Assembly (NCBI GenBank): GCA_017550285.1
Contig: JAFZPP010000021.1
Span: forward strand, 21,874-85,873
Source of the DNA: Oscillospiraceae bacterium
GTDB lineage: Bacteria > Bacillota > Clostridia > Oscillospirales > Ruminococcaceae
Length of the DNA: 64,000 nt
Direction: 5' to 3'
The notes under the pieces were generated by a model. The model saw nothing but the letters and a program-made list of their open reading frames with translations, was not told the origin of the DNA and did no database searches. Made by a program: the position numbers and the translations under genes. The first letter of the stretch is position 1. Every line of letters starts with the position of its first letter. Shown here one piece after another: positions 1 through 8,567 of this stretch.

Positions 1-147
1 GACCAGGAGCTCGCGCGTCTGGTCAAGAACAACACGGTCAACGAGATCGACGCACTCGAAAAGTGCCAGGACAAGACCGAGTTCTACCGTTACCTCACTG
101 CAATGGGCGGTCAGTCCGTCATTACCCGCGAGGGTGTTATCGGCTAA
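1..147 (+). CDS. C-terminal fragment of an unidentified protein (gene runs off the left edge)
   Basis: Frame 1 is open from base 1 to TAA at 145-147 (...YLTAMGGQSVITREGVIG*). An imperfect hairpin plus T-run follows at ~161-205. Too short to name. Confidence 0.5.
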   Translation, partial: DQELARLVKNNTVNEIDALEKCQDKTEFYRYLTAMGGQSVITREGVIG

Positions 148-344
148 TTGAAATTGTGAACAGGCAGAGTGCAAAAATTGCGCTTTGCCTGTTCTTTTAT
201 GCAGTTGTTGCGGCGTCTTCCGTGAGAAAGTTACGAAAATGTTACGATTCTTGTGCAATGTGCTGAAAACGATACTGGTTTTATGGCGAAAAAACCGGGT
301 TTCGTAAAAGTTTGTTCATAATTCAGAAATATTGCGGAAAAGAC

Positions 345-373
345 TTGACATTTTCGTTTGGATGTGCTATACT
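345..373 (+). promoter_or_regulatory. sigmaA-type promoter upstream of pilin gene 1
   Basis: TTGACA (345-350), 17 nt spacer, TATACT (368-373), about 110 nt upstream of the ATG at 483. Confidence 0.55.
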
Positions 374-482
374 AAGACCATAGAGAACAACAGACGATGT
401 CAGACGTCACATCGGGCTGTTACTCTGGAATCGCAATCGAAACGATTGCAACATGTTTACAATCTTGAGGAGGTTATTTATC

Positions 483-950
483 ATGAAAAAGAAAGGTTTT
501 ACCCTGATTGAGCTGATCGTTGTTATCGCGATCATCGGCGTTCTGGCAGCTATCCTCGTTCCGGCAATGCTCGGTTACGTGAGAAAGTCCAAGATCACCA
601 CCGCTAACACCACTGCGAAGTCTATCTACAACGCATACAACACTGCGCTGGTTGACCTCGATACAATTGATAAGTCGCCGAAGTCTTTGGTCACTCATAC
701 CACTTTTCAGAGCGGCGAAGGCTTTAGTTCTAAAGCTGATGGTTCGCTTGAGAAGACCGTTTACGGCTACTTCACTGATATCGCTAAGGTTAAGCAGTTT
801 GCTTGCAAGTTTGAGGATGGCGCATGCACCGCTTGCGGCGTTCTGAACGGCAACTATCCGGGTTCTTATCCGAATCCGTTCTCGCCGGACAACTACAAGG
901 GCAAGACTTCTGTCAGTGATGTTCTTGCTGGTGGTACTGCCAAATCCTGA
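483..950 (+). CDS. type IV pilin-like protein (prepilin-type N-terminal cleavage/methylation domain), paralogue 1
   Basis: RBS GAGGAGG at 466-472. MKKKGFTLIELIVVIAIIGVLAAILVP is the class III signal (G|FTLIE). The ORF-track start at 453 was trimmed to the ATG at 483. Confidence 0.9.
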   Translation: MKKKGFTLIELIVVIAIIGVLAAILVPAMLGYVRKSKITTANTTAKSIYNAYNTALVDLDTIDKSPKSLVTHTTFQSGEGFSSKADGSLEKTVYGYFTDIAKVKQFACKFEDGACTACGVLNGNYPGSYPNPFSPDNYKGKTSVSDVLAGGTAKS

Positions 951-1112
951 TTTTAGTCTGTAAGACGTCATTATTAAGGCTATTAGTTGATTAAGATGAA
1001 TGCCCCCTTATTTGGGGGCATTCACTGTATTAGGACATATATGACAAATAGATTTGACATTTAAGAAAACCTTTTATTAAATGGGTGCTCTTTCGTTAGA
1101 GAGGTATTTGGA

Positions 1113-1694
1113 ATGAAAAGACATGGCTTTACACTGATCGAACTGGTCGTGGTCATCGCAATTATCGGCGTTCTGGCTGCGATTCTCGTGCCGGCAATGC
1201 TCGGCTATGTGCGCCGCTCGAAGATCACGACGGCGAATAATGCTGCGAAATCCGTTTACAATGCACTGAATGTTGCAATGGTTGAAATGGAAGCATATGA
1301 CCTTCCGCCGCAGCAGCTTGCAGATCGTGATATTGACGCCACCGGTGCGGAAATATTTGCACAGAAGAATTATCCGATTCCGAACGGACCGACAAGTGAT
1401 TACAATACGCTGCTGAATATTTTATATGCGAAGGTTTGCAGCTATTTCAGCGATGTCGGTAAGATTCAGCATTTGTCATTCCGTCTGCGTGATTCCGGCT
1501 GTATCGGAACCGGCGTAGTGAACGGAAGATATCCCGGAACATATCCGCTTGCAATTACGGTGGATGATTATAAGCAGCGTAACGGTGCATGGACTTCGCA
1601 GAATGCGCTTGCATTTGCACTGAAAGACCCGGATGATGAGTCGATTCCGGATGCTCCGCCTGCTATGGGCGAAGAGGGCGGCAGCGAAGACTGA
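1113..1694 (+). CDS. type IV pilin-like protein, paralogue 2
   Basis: MKRHGFTLIELVVVIAIIGVLAAILVP prepilin motif. The first ~55 aa are nearly identical to paralogue 1, and both share the C-terminal ...C..G(V/L)NG(N/R)YPG(S/T)YP signature. Confidence 0.9.
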   Translation: MKRHGFTLIELVVVIAIIGVLAAILVPAMLGYVRRSKITTANNAAKSVYNALNVAMVEMEAYDLPPQQLADRDIDATGAEIFAQKNYPIPNGPTSDYNTLLNILYAKVCSYFSDVGKIQHLSFRLRDSGCIGTGVVNGRYPGTYPLAITVDDYKQRNGAWTSQNALAFALKDPDDESIPDAPPAMGEEGGSED

Positions 1695-1755
1695 TCCCTG
1701 CTGAACCGAAACAGGATGCGTGCAATCCTGTTACTGCAATGAATTTGAAAACAAA

Positions 1756-1795
1756 CAGCCGCGAAGCCTTTGACGGTTTCGCGGCTGTGCTTTTG
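1756..1795 (+). terminator. intrinsic terminator after pilin gene 2
   Basis: Stem cagccgcgaa/ttcgcggctg followed by tgcttttgg. Confidence 0.7.
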
Positions 1796-1800
1796 GTGTG

Positions 1801-1862
1801 CTGAAAAGCCGCTGAATCCGGCAATCTGCTTGGATTCAGCGGCTTTCTCTTTTGTAGGATTC
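1801..1862. terminator. bidirectional hairpin terminator between the pilin locus (+) and GH5 gene 1 (-)
   Basis: 15-bp stem aaagccgctgaatcc/ggattcagcggcttt flanked by A-run and T-run. It lies 4 nt from the GH5 stop at 1866. Confidence 0.7.
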
Positions 1863-1865
1863 TGA

Positions 1866-3725
1866 TTACGGCGCGAGCTCCGCGTCGGTGATGAGCTTTG
1901 CGATGTATCTGAGGATTTTCAGTGTGCAGTCGGAGGTGAGTGATGCGCCGCCTGCAACATTCGCATTCAGTTTGCCGTTTTCCGTGATCTGCGCGCCAGC
2001 GTCCTCAGCCACAAAGCGGCTGACAAGAACAGCATCGGAAACATCCACCTTGCCGTCCTCATTCGCATCGCCCCACTTGATTTGTCCGGTTTTGGACGTT
2101 GTTGTCTCGGACTGCGTGGAGGGTGACGTAGTCGTGGTCGGCTTTGTTTCGCTTGTTGTCGTGGTTGTAGTCGATACAGAAGACGAAGAAGTGGTTGTTG
2201 TGGTCGTCTCCTTTGTGGTATCGGAGCTCGGCTTGGTCGGCTGTGTTTCCGGCTGGTTGATATCAATCTTATTGCCCTTGCTGCCCTTTGAACCGCCGTC
2301 GAGATTGCTGCTCTCGCCGGATGCGTAATATTCCGACAGCGAGACGCCGTTTTTGCCGAGTGCGACCTGATGATCGAGACCGATGTACTTGCCGGATGCG
2401 GTCTGCCAGAGCGCTTCTTCAAAGAGCTCATATTTCGGCTCATTCCATTTGATCGTCGTACCGGAGCCAGCCTGGAAGCCCAGACCGTCCCAGAGTCCGC
2501 CGGTATCGCCGGAATTGGTGTTCAGGCACCAGAAGGTGTGGTTGATGTGATGCTTGATCATGTAATCGCGCAGCAGCTTCATCCACTTGAGATTGTCGCC
2601 TTCCATATGACCGCCCCATTCGCCGATCAGCTCCGGTGCGATGTCCTCGGCATTGATGTATGCCCATGTATCGTACCAGTAGTCATCGAGCAGGGTCTGT
2701 TCGGTGAAGTCCTTGTCGAACCATGTCTGTGCATAAACGGACGGACCGTAGTCATGCGGCGAATAGACAATCTGGCTTGTGCCGTGCTTCGGCTTGATCG
2801 GGTATTCGCGTGCGCCGCGGAAATTGCCGCCCCACCATGCGCCGATATACGGGGAATTGTCGCGTCTGTCGGCGATACCCCAGTAATCGCCTTCCTTTGC
2901 GCCGCTGAGCGACTGCTCAACGCCTTCAATCAGGATCAGTGCGTTCGGGTTGACATCGAGGATTGCGTCTGCACATTTCGTCGCAGCGTATGCCCAGTTG
3001 TTCTCATCCGTGGAGCCGTCCCACTTGGCAGCTGCCTCGCCCTCCTGACCTTTGCCGTGCGGCTCATTTTTCAGGTCATAGGCGAGCAGGGTGTCGTCAT
3101 TCTTGTACTTGTCCGCGAGCCAGACGAGCGTATCAATCCAGACATCGGTCGTGACGCCTGCCTTGCCGTACCAGAGGTTGTAGTTGTGACCGGAATTGTC
3201 GGTATGCGGGCTGTGGATATCAATAAATGCCTTGATACCGTACTTTTTGAGCTTGCCCATGATGATGTCGAAGATTTCCATGCTGTTTTTCAGCGTTTTA
3301 CCGTCTGCTTCACAGAAATCCGGATTGATTGTAAACGCCGGATCGGCATTCGCAGAGACGCTGCTGACCGGATTCGGCGTGCCTGCCTTCCATGAGACCA
3401 GCAGCTCCGTTGCGATCGGGAAGCGGATGATATTGATGCCGCGGTCGGCGACTTCTTTCAGAACGTCGTCGATGTCGGCGCTCCAGAGATAGTGGACGCA
3501 GTTTTCCGAGCAGTTGAAGCCGAACCAGTTTGCACCGGTCAGCCAGACCTCGTTGCCGTCCTTGTCGAAGATGCGGCTGCCTTCACAGTGAAGCCAGTCA
3601 TCGTTCATGTCGTCTGCTGCATAGACGGCGGACGGCGCTTTCAGGCTGCTGCCCGTAAAGCCGACCGTGCCTGTCGCGGCGACGAGTGCTGCCAGACAAA
3701 GTGACAGCAGATTTTTGTTTCTCAT
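1866..3725 (-). CDS. GH5 endoglucanase (cellulase) with Thr-rich linker and C-terminal dockerin
   Basis: Signal peptide. GH5 motifs LKNEPHG (acid/base) and IGEWGG (nucleophile). Long T/S linker. Dockerin repeat WGDANEDGKVDVSDAVLVSRF... plus a second, degenerate repeat ending ...LKILRYIAKL. Confidence 0.92.
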   Translation of the reverse strand: MRNKNLLSLCLAALVAATGTVGFTGSSLKAPSAVYAADDMNDDWLHCEGSRIFDKDGNEVWLTGANWFGFNCSENCVHYLWSADIDDVLKEVADRGINIIRFPIATELLVSWKAGTPNPVSSVSANADPAFTINPDFCEADGKTLKNSMEIFDIIMGKLKKYGIKAFIDIHSPHTDNSGHNYNLWYGKAGVTTDVWIDTLVWLADKYKNDDTLLAYDLKNEPHGKGQEGEAAAKWDGSTDENNWAYAATKCADAILDVNPNALILIEGVEQSLSGAKEGDYWGIADRRDNSPYIGAWWGGNFRGAREYPIKPKHGTSQIVYSPHDYGPSVYAQTWFDKDFTEQTLLDDYWYDTWAYINAEDIAPELIGEWGGHMEGDNLKWMKLLRDYMIKHHINHTFWCLNTNSGDTGGLWDGLGFQAGSGTTIKWNEPKYELFEEALWQTASGKYIGLDHQVALGKNGVSLSEYYASGESSNLDGGSKGSKGNKIDINQPETQPTKPSSDTTKETTTTTTSSSSVSTTTTTTSETKPTTTTSPSTQSETTTSKTGQIKWGDANEDGKVDVSDAVLVSRFVAEDAGAQITENGKLNANVAGGASLTSDCTLKILRYIAKLITDAELAP

Positions 3726-3894
3726 TGGAAATTACCCCTCTCAAATTATTTTCACCGTTTCCGGTGTATCAACAGCAGGCGCGGATACCCGTTTCCGTGC
3801 CGATGCTGTTCGGAACAAAAATAAATAATATAATAGTATACGCTTCTGTCCGCAAGCCCACCCTCAGCACAATGGGGGTGGGCTTAGTACGGTT

Positions 3895-4548
3895 TCATTT
3901 GTTTTGTGATATTGTGCGATTCGTGATCTCAGTGCCGACTGAGGCGCCCTCAACCTGCATCTCGATTGTTGAGCTGGTGCCAAAAGTTTCTTCCGGACTG
4001 ACTGATTCGCAGCGGATGCTGCCGGTATCTGCATTCCAGTAGAAGGATGCTTTTTCATAGCGCGTAATTTCGCCGGTTTGCGGGTTCGCGTTTTCCAGCG
4101 GAAATTCGAGGTTTGCATAGCAGCTCGCCGGAAATTGGTTGCTGTCCAGTCGGCTTAGTATATTGGCGTCTGCCGGTACAGCAGGGTTCAGCGCTTTGAA
4201 AGCCATGCTGATCAGTTCCACATCTTCTTTCTTATCCCATGAATAGGATTTGCCGTTTTTATCCTTCACATCCGTGAAAAGCAGGACATTCAGCTTCTGC
4301 ACATTTGTCAGAAGCTCCTGCGGTTTCGGAACATTCACAGTCAGCAGACGGTCACCGGAATACAGCTTGGTTTCGAGCGTTTTATCCTGAATCAGTTTGC
4401 CGTCAGCTTCGGGTACCTCTCGGGACGAGATGACCTGTCTGGAATATGTTTTGCCTGAATTTTCGCCGATTTCGTATGCATCACCGATGACAATGATTTT
4501 GGTGACCGGTACCGAAATCGGCTCAGTCAGTTTTTTGAGTTGTCCCGC
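3895..4548 (-). pseudogene. start-less 217-codon ORF (truncated gene, or -1 frameshift extension of the upstream GH5 gene)
   Basis: The frame is open from 4548, but the first ATG/GTG/TTG is a GTG at 4338 with no RBS. The translation looks like a folded domain (…VTKIIVIGDAYEIGENSGKTY…ASFYWNADTGSIRCES…). The frame opens 7 codons before the GH5-2 stop. Confidence 0.45.
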
Positions 4549-6581
4549 TCAAGGTAGAGGTTGACCTGAAAATAATGCTTCGGTGCGGTCTGTGAAGCCT
4601 GCGGCGGTGCAAGCTCATCAGCCGTGATCAGCTTTGCGATATATCTGAGGATTTTCAGCGTGCAGTCTGCGTTCACTGCTGTGCCGCCTGTGACATTTGC
4701 ATTCAGCTTGCCCTGTGCATTGAGGTTTGCCGCTGCATCCTCGGCGACAAAGCGCGCGACGAGCACTGCATCGGAAACATCGACTGTGCCGTCCTCATTC
4801 GCATCGCCCCACACGGTCTTGTCATTCTTCTGTTCCGAAGATACGGATTTGGATGTGGACTCCGTCGTCTGTGAAGAAGAGACAGTCGTCTGGGAGGTTG
4901 TGACTGTTGTCTGCGAGGACGAAGCGGTGGTTGATGTGGTTTCGGATGTTGTTGCAGAGGTTGTGGTTGTTGTCGTCTGCGTCGTATCCGAAGCAGTCGG
5001 CTTGGTCTGCGTTGCATCAACCGTCTTGCCGTCAGATGTACTGCCGCCGTCAAGATTCGATCCTTCGGATTTGGACGGACCGGAATAGAACTCGTTCAGC
5101 GACATGCCGTTTTTGCCGAGTGCGGTCTGATGATCGAGACCGATATACTTGCCGGACTTGGTCTGCCAGAGCGATTCCTCGAAGAGACCGTACTTTGCCG
5201 CATCCCATTCTGCGAACTGCGTATCGAGCAGACCGCCGGTATCGCCGGAGTTCGGGTTCAGGCACCAGAAGGTGTGGTTGATGTGGTGCTTGATCATGTA
5301 ATCGCGCAGCAGCTCCATCCATTTCTGGTTCGGACCTTTATCCATATGACCGCCCCACTCGCCGATCAGCAGGGGAGCGATGTTGTCTTCGTTGATATAT
5401 GCCCATGTTTCGCGCCAGTAATCATCCAGCAGGGTTTCCGTAGAGAAATCCTTATCAAACCATGACTGCGCATATACGGACGGACCGTAGTCATGCGGCG
5501 AATACACGATCTGACCGGAATCCGGCAGAACAGGCAGATTTTTGACGCCGCGGAGATTGCCGCCCCACCATGCGCCGTACCACTGCTCTTCACCCGGCTG
5601 CGGCTGGAATTTATCAGGCATATCCCATGTGACGCCCTTTTCGAGTATCGGGGACTGTTCAATGCCTTCAACCAGAATCAGCGCATGCGGATTGACCTTG
5701 AGAATCGACTTTGCGCATTCCTCAGCGGAATACTTCCAGTTGTTCTTGTCGGTCGAATCATCCCATTTTGCCATTGCGGCAGGGCATTTGTTTCCGTCAT
5801 AAAGACGTTTGCCGTGCGGCTCATTTTTCAGGTCATAGGCAAGGATCGTATCATCGTTTGCGTATTTTTTTGCAAGCCAGGTGATCGAATCCTTCCAGTC
5901 ATCCCATGTGATCTGCTTCTTGGAGAAGTGACCGGTTGCCATGCCGTCGCAGTCGTCGGCGGTCTCCTCGTAATACCAGAGCGAATAGTTATGACCGGAA
6001 TTGTGAGATGCAGGGCTGTGGACGTCGATCAGCGCCTTGATACCGTATTTCTTGCATTTCTGCATGATGATATCAAAGATCTGCATGCTGTCCTTCATGG
6101 TTTTGCCGTCCTCCAGCACGAAATCGCGGTTGATATCGCCGTATTTTCCTGCCGGTGTGACGGTGCCGTCCTCACCGATTTCATCCTTCGGCGGATTGTA
6201 GCTCGCCTGAACGGATGAGACCGGAAGCGGCTCGCCGTCCATCCATGAGAGCAGAAGCTCTGTGGAGATCGGGAAGCGGATGATATTGATGCCGTGATCT
6301 GCGATGCTCGAAAGCATATCATCGACATCTCTTGCGTAAAGACCGTGCGGCACGTTTTCGGTACAGTTCATGCCGAACCAGTTTGCACCGGTCAGCCAGA
6401 CCTCATTGCCGTTCATGTCATAGAGACGGCTACCGACGGCATGGAGCCAGTCATCATTGCCGTCATCCACGGCGGATGCACGGAGGCTGTTCAGCGGCAG
6501 ACTGCTCTGCGGAAAGCCCGCGGTTGCAGTCACCGCCATGAGTGCTGCCAGCGATACCGACAGCAGTGCTTTGTGCTTCAT
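4527..6581 (-). CDS. GH5 endoglucanase with Thr/Ser-rich linker and dockerin, tandem paralogue of 1866-3725
   Basis: Same architecture and motifs (LKNEPHG, IGEWGG, WGDANEDGTVDVSDAVLVARF...LKILRYIAKL). It lacks the stop after ...ELAP used by paralogue 1 and reads on for 26 extra codons to TGA at 4527-4529. Confidence 0.92.
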   Translation of the reverse strand: MKHKALLSVSLAALMAVTATAGFPQSSLPLNSLRASAVDDGNDDWLHAVGSRLYDMNGNEVWLTGANWFGMNCTENVPHGLYARDVDDMLSSIADHGINIIRFPISTELLLSWMDGEPLPVSSVQASYNPPKDEIGEDGTVTPAGKYGDINRDFVLEDGKTMKDSMQIFDIIMQKCKKYGIKALIDVHSPASHNSGHNYSLWYYEETADDCDGMATGHFSKKQITWDDWKDSITWLAKKYANDDTILAYDLKNEPHGKRLYDGNKCPAAMAKWDDSTDKNNWKYSAEECAKSILKVNPHALILVEGIEQSPILEKGVTWDMPDKFQPQPGEEQWYGAWWGGNLRGVKNLPVLPDSGQIVYSPHDYGPSVYAQSWFDKDFSTETLLDDYWRETWAYINEDNIAPLLIGEWGGHMDKGPNQKWMELLRDYMIKHHINHTFWCLNPNSGDTGGLLDTQFAEWDAAKYGLFEESLWQTKSGKYIGLDHQTALGKNGMSLNEFYSGPSKSEGSNLDGGSTSDGKTVDATQTKPTASDTTQTTTTTTSATTSETTSTTASSSQTTVTTSQTTVSSSQTTESTSKSVSSEQKNDKTVWGDANEDGTVDVSDAVLVARFVAEDAAANLNAQGKLNANVTGGTAVNADCTLKILRYIAKLITADELAPPQASQTAPKHYFQVNLYLERDNSKN

Positions 6582-6691
6582 TGGTGATTCCCCCTCGAAA
6601 ATGGTTGTCCGCGCGGTACAGCACGGATATGCAGACGGCTGATTTGTGCTGCGGCACCCTCATACCGCAGGCACAGCCGTGTGAACCGGAA

Positions 6692-7633
6692 TCAGAAAAT
6701 ACCGAAGCGCTTTTTCTCGTAGAAGGGCTTGCCCTCTGCCACGAGATCCTTTGCACGGATCGAGCTTGCTGCGACGCAGTCAAACGGCAGATCGGAATAA
6801 TCTGCGCACTCGGTCGTGACGGTATTGCCGATTGCTTCGAGATCGGCGCTTTCATCGGCTTCGAGTGCAACGAGCAGATAACGCTCGCCGTCCTCGGAAT
6901 CCGCTTTGATGTAAGCCTTCTTGATCTGCTTCTGCTTCTTGAGCACGCCCTTGAGCGCTGCGAGCAGATCATCCGTGACGGGATCTTTTTCAGGCGCTGC
7001 ATCAGAAGCCTCGGCGGCAGCCTTGTCGGCATCGAGCTGTGCCATTGCTGCGCGGATCATATCCTGCTGCTGCTCACGGCTGTTTTCGGCAGCACCGAGC
7101 GCATTGGTCGGCTGCGGCATCGGAGCAGGCTCCGGCTGTCCCTCTGCCGGCTGACGCGGCGCGGAGAGAACCGGCTGATTGCCGTGCTCGCCGATTGCGA
7201 TAATCTGCTGACGAATCAGGCAGAGCGCGGAACCGAACGGATTGATGACAACGCCGTTGATTGCCTCATTGCCCTTGATGAACTGATAGAGATCATTGAA
7301 GGACATGACGGCGACCTGAAAACGCTCGCCGGGCTTGCGGTTCTTTTTCAGCTCTACCTCATCGGTGAATGCCGGCATGAACTTTTCGCCCTTCGGATTT
7401 GTCATGATCTGGAACGCAACGCGCGCCTGCACGGGCTCGCCCTCCTTCGGGGGCTCGGCAGGCTGCTCGACCTGTGCCGGCAGGAGATACTTTGCATCAA
7501 TCGCTGCCTGCAAAAAGGCTCTTTCATGTTCTTTGAATACGTCTTCGTTCTCACGGTTTGCAAGGTCCAGCTTAAAGGTTGCCATTGCATCCACAAGAAC
7601 GGGATTGGTAATCGGCTGCATAGGTTCTGGCAT
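6692..7633 (-). CDS. SseB-family protein (N- and C-terminal SseB domains joined by a Pro/Glu/Ala-rich linker)
   Basis: Strong RBS GAGGAGG. FMPAFTDEVEL and VVINPFG motifs. The C-terminal ...GKPFYEKKRFGIF resembles the E. coli SseB end ...PFYERRWGGF. Confidence 0.8.
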   Translation of the reverse strand: MPEPMQPITNPVLVDAMATFKLDLANRENEDVFKEHERAFLQAAIDAKYLLPAQVEQPAEPPKEGEPVQARVAFQIMTNPKGEKFMPAFTDEVELKKNRKPGERFQVAVMSFNDLYQFIKGNEAINGVVINPFGSALCLIRQQIIAIGEHGNQPVLSAPRQPAEGQPEPAPMPQPTNALGAAENSREQQQDMIRAAMAQLDADKAAAEASDAAPEKDPVTDDLLAALKGVLKKQKQIKKAYIKADSEDGERYLLVALEADESADLEAIGNTVTTECADYSDLPFDCVAASSIRAKDLVAEGKPFYEKKRFGIF

Positions 7634-7684
7634 TGAGAATCCTCCTCAATCTATAATTTCGCCATTATAATGGCGTATATTTTT

Positions 7685-7713
7685 ATTCTAACATATTTCT
7701 CGGAAAAAAGCAA
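7685..7713 (-). promoter_or_regulatory. promoter of the SseB-family gene, bracketed by two perfect 16-bp palindromes
   Basis: On the minus strand: TTGCTT, 17 nt spacer, TAGAAT. TTGCAGATATCTGCAA (7719-7734) lies just upstream of -35. CGCCATTATAATGGCG (7661-7676) lies in the early 5' UTR. Confidence 0.5.
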
Positions 7714-7732
7714 GCGGTTTTGCAGATATCTG

Positions 7733-7915
7733 CAAAAAAAGCGGACGAATCGGGTGATCCGTCCGCAGGGTTTCAAGTCTCCGCCTTGCCGTCGCCTGTG
7801 CAATAAAACCCGCTTTGAGCAGGTGGGTATCTGCCTGCGCACCTCGTGCTCCCTGGCAACCGCCGAAGCGGGAGGTCTGCAATCTTTACGCAGAGCGCGA
7901 TTCCCTGAATATAAG
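7733..7915 (-). ncRNA. candidate ~180-nt structured RNA (class unknown) with its own promoter and intrinsic terminator
   Basis: No ORF. Contains a CCGC-UUCG-GCGG tetraloop hairpin nested in CUCCC/GGGAG, a GCAGG/CCUGC helix and a closing CAGGG/CCCUG helix. Ends in the terminator gcggacgg...ccgtccgc plus U7 (7733-7766). Confidence 0.45.
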
Positions 7916-7921
7916 TGTTGG

Positions 7922-7950
7922 ATTATATCAAAACAGGCTTGCTCGCACAA
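7922..7950 (-). promoter_or_regulatory. promoter of the candidate 180-nt RNA
   Basis: On the minus strand: TTGTGC, 17 nt spacer, TATAAT. Confidence 0.45.
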
Positions 7951-8044
7951 GGCAGAATGCTTTGTGTTACTATCAGTATATCAGATAGGCAGAGAAAAAT
8001 CAAGTGGCAAAGTTCACAAATATTTTCCAAAAATGTTGTGAACC

Positions 8045-8380
8045 TTATTCAGTTTCTTCCGCTTCGTCCTCATCTTCATTAAGTCTGTCGAGAAATGCCT
8101 CTGCAATACGGTCATATTCCTCATCGCTCTCGATCGGCTCCAGAACCTCATTGCCGTCCGCATCGGTCTTTGCGTTGAGCACAACGAGCTCAACCTCGCC
8201 CTCGAGCAGCTCTGCCGGATCCTCGATATGCGGAATCAGGGCAAAATAAACCTGACCGTTTTCTTCGAGAATATCAACCAGCTCAAACAGCTTCTCATTG
8301 CCTTCCTCATCCACGAGCGTATAGAGATCGGCGCCGTCCATCATTGCATCCTGTTCCATTGGTGTATTTTGATCTTGCAT
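8045..8380 (-). CDS. DUF1292 (UPF0473/YrzB-like) acidic protein
   Basis: ...LYTLVDEEGNEKLFELVDILEENGQVYFALIP...DEEYDRIAEAF... is typical of DUF1292. The start was trimmed to the ATG at 8380, which is preceded by GGAG. Confidence 0.8.
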   Translation of the reverse strand: MQDQNTPMEQDAMMDGADLYTLVDEEGNEKLFELVDILEENGQVYFALIPHIEDPAELLEGEVELVVLNAKTDADGNEVLEPIESDEEYDRIAEAFLDRLNEDEDEAEETE

Positions 8381-8445
8381 ATTTCGCTCCGTTCCGCCGG
8401 AATGCATCCGGTCTGAGATTTACGGACAACAGCCCGCATACTAAT

Positions 8446-8474
8446 ATTGTAACCGATTTTCGGCAAATTGTCAA
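8446..8474 (-). promoter_or_regulatory. promoter of the DUF1292 gene
   Basis: On the minus strand: TTGACA, 17 nt spacer, TACAAT. Confidence 0.5.
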
Positions 8475-8532
8475 GCCCCCGAATTTATGCTGTAAATTTC
8501 ACGAAAATTTCACAGAAAGTTCTCGAAAACTA

Positions 8533-8561
8533 TTGACAAATGACGATAAATGTGCTATAAT
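8533..8561 (+). promoter_or_regulatory. perfect-consensus sigmaA promoter with no protein gene downstream
   Basis: TTGACA (8533-8538), 17 nt spacer, TATAAT (8556-8561). It is divergent from the DUF1292 promoter. Confidence 0.65.
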
Positions 8562-8567
8562 AAGACC

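Noticed and set aside
2100-2260. Repetitive acc/acg/aca-rich DNA here, and also at ~4840-5000 and ~23990-24220. It resembles a tandem-repeat or CRISPR-like array.
   Set aside because: These stretches are Thr/Ser-rich interdomain linkers inside intact ORFs (GH5-1, GH5-2 and the anti-sigma-like protein). There is no repeat-spacer periodicity.
7733-7915. Possibility that the 180-nt element is a known riboswitch controlling the SseB gene.
   Set aside because: I could not find the core motifs of the B12, TPP, SAM-I, glycine, lysine, c-di-GMP, ydaO, ZTP, guanidine-I, Mg or T-box classes. A separate promoter for the SseB gene also lies downstream of the terminator. It is kept only as an RNA of unknown class.
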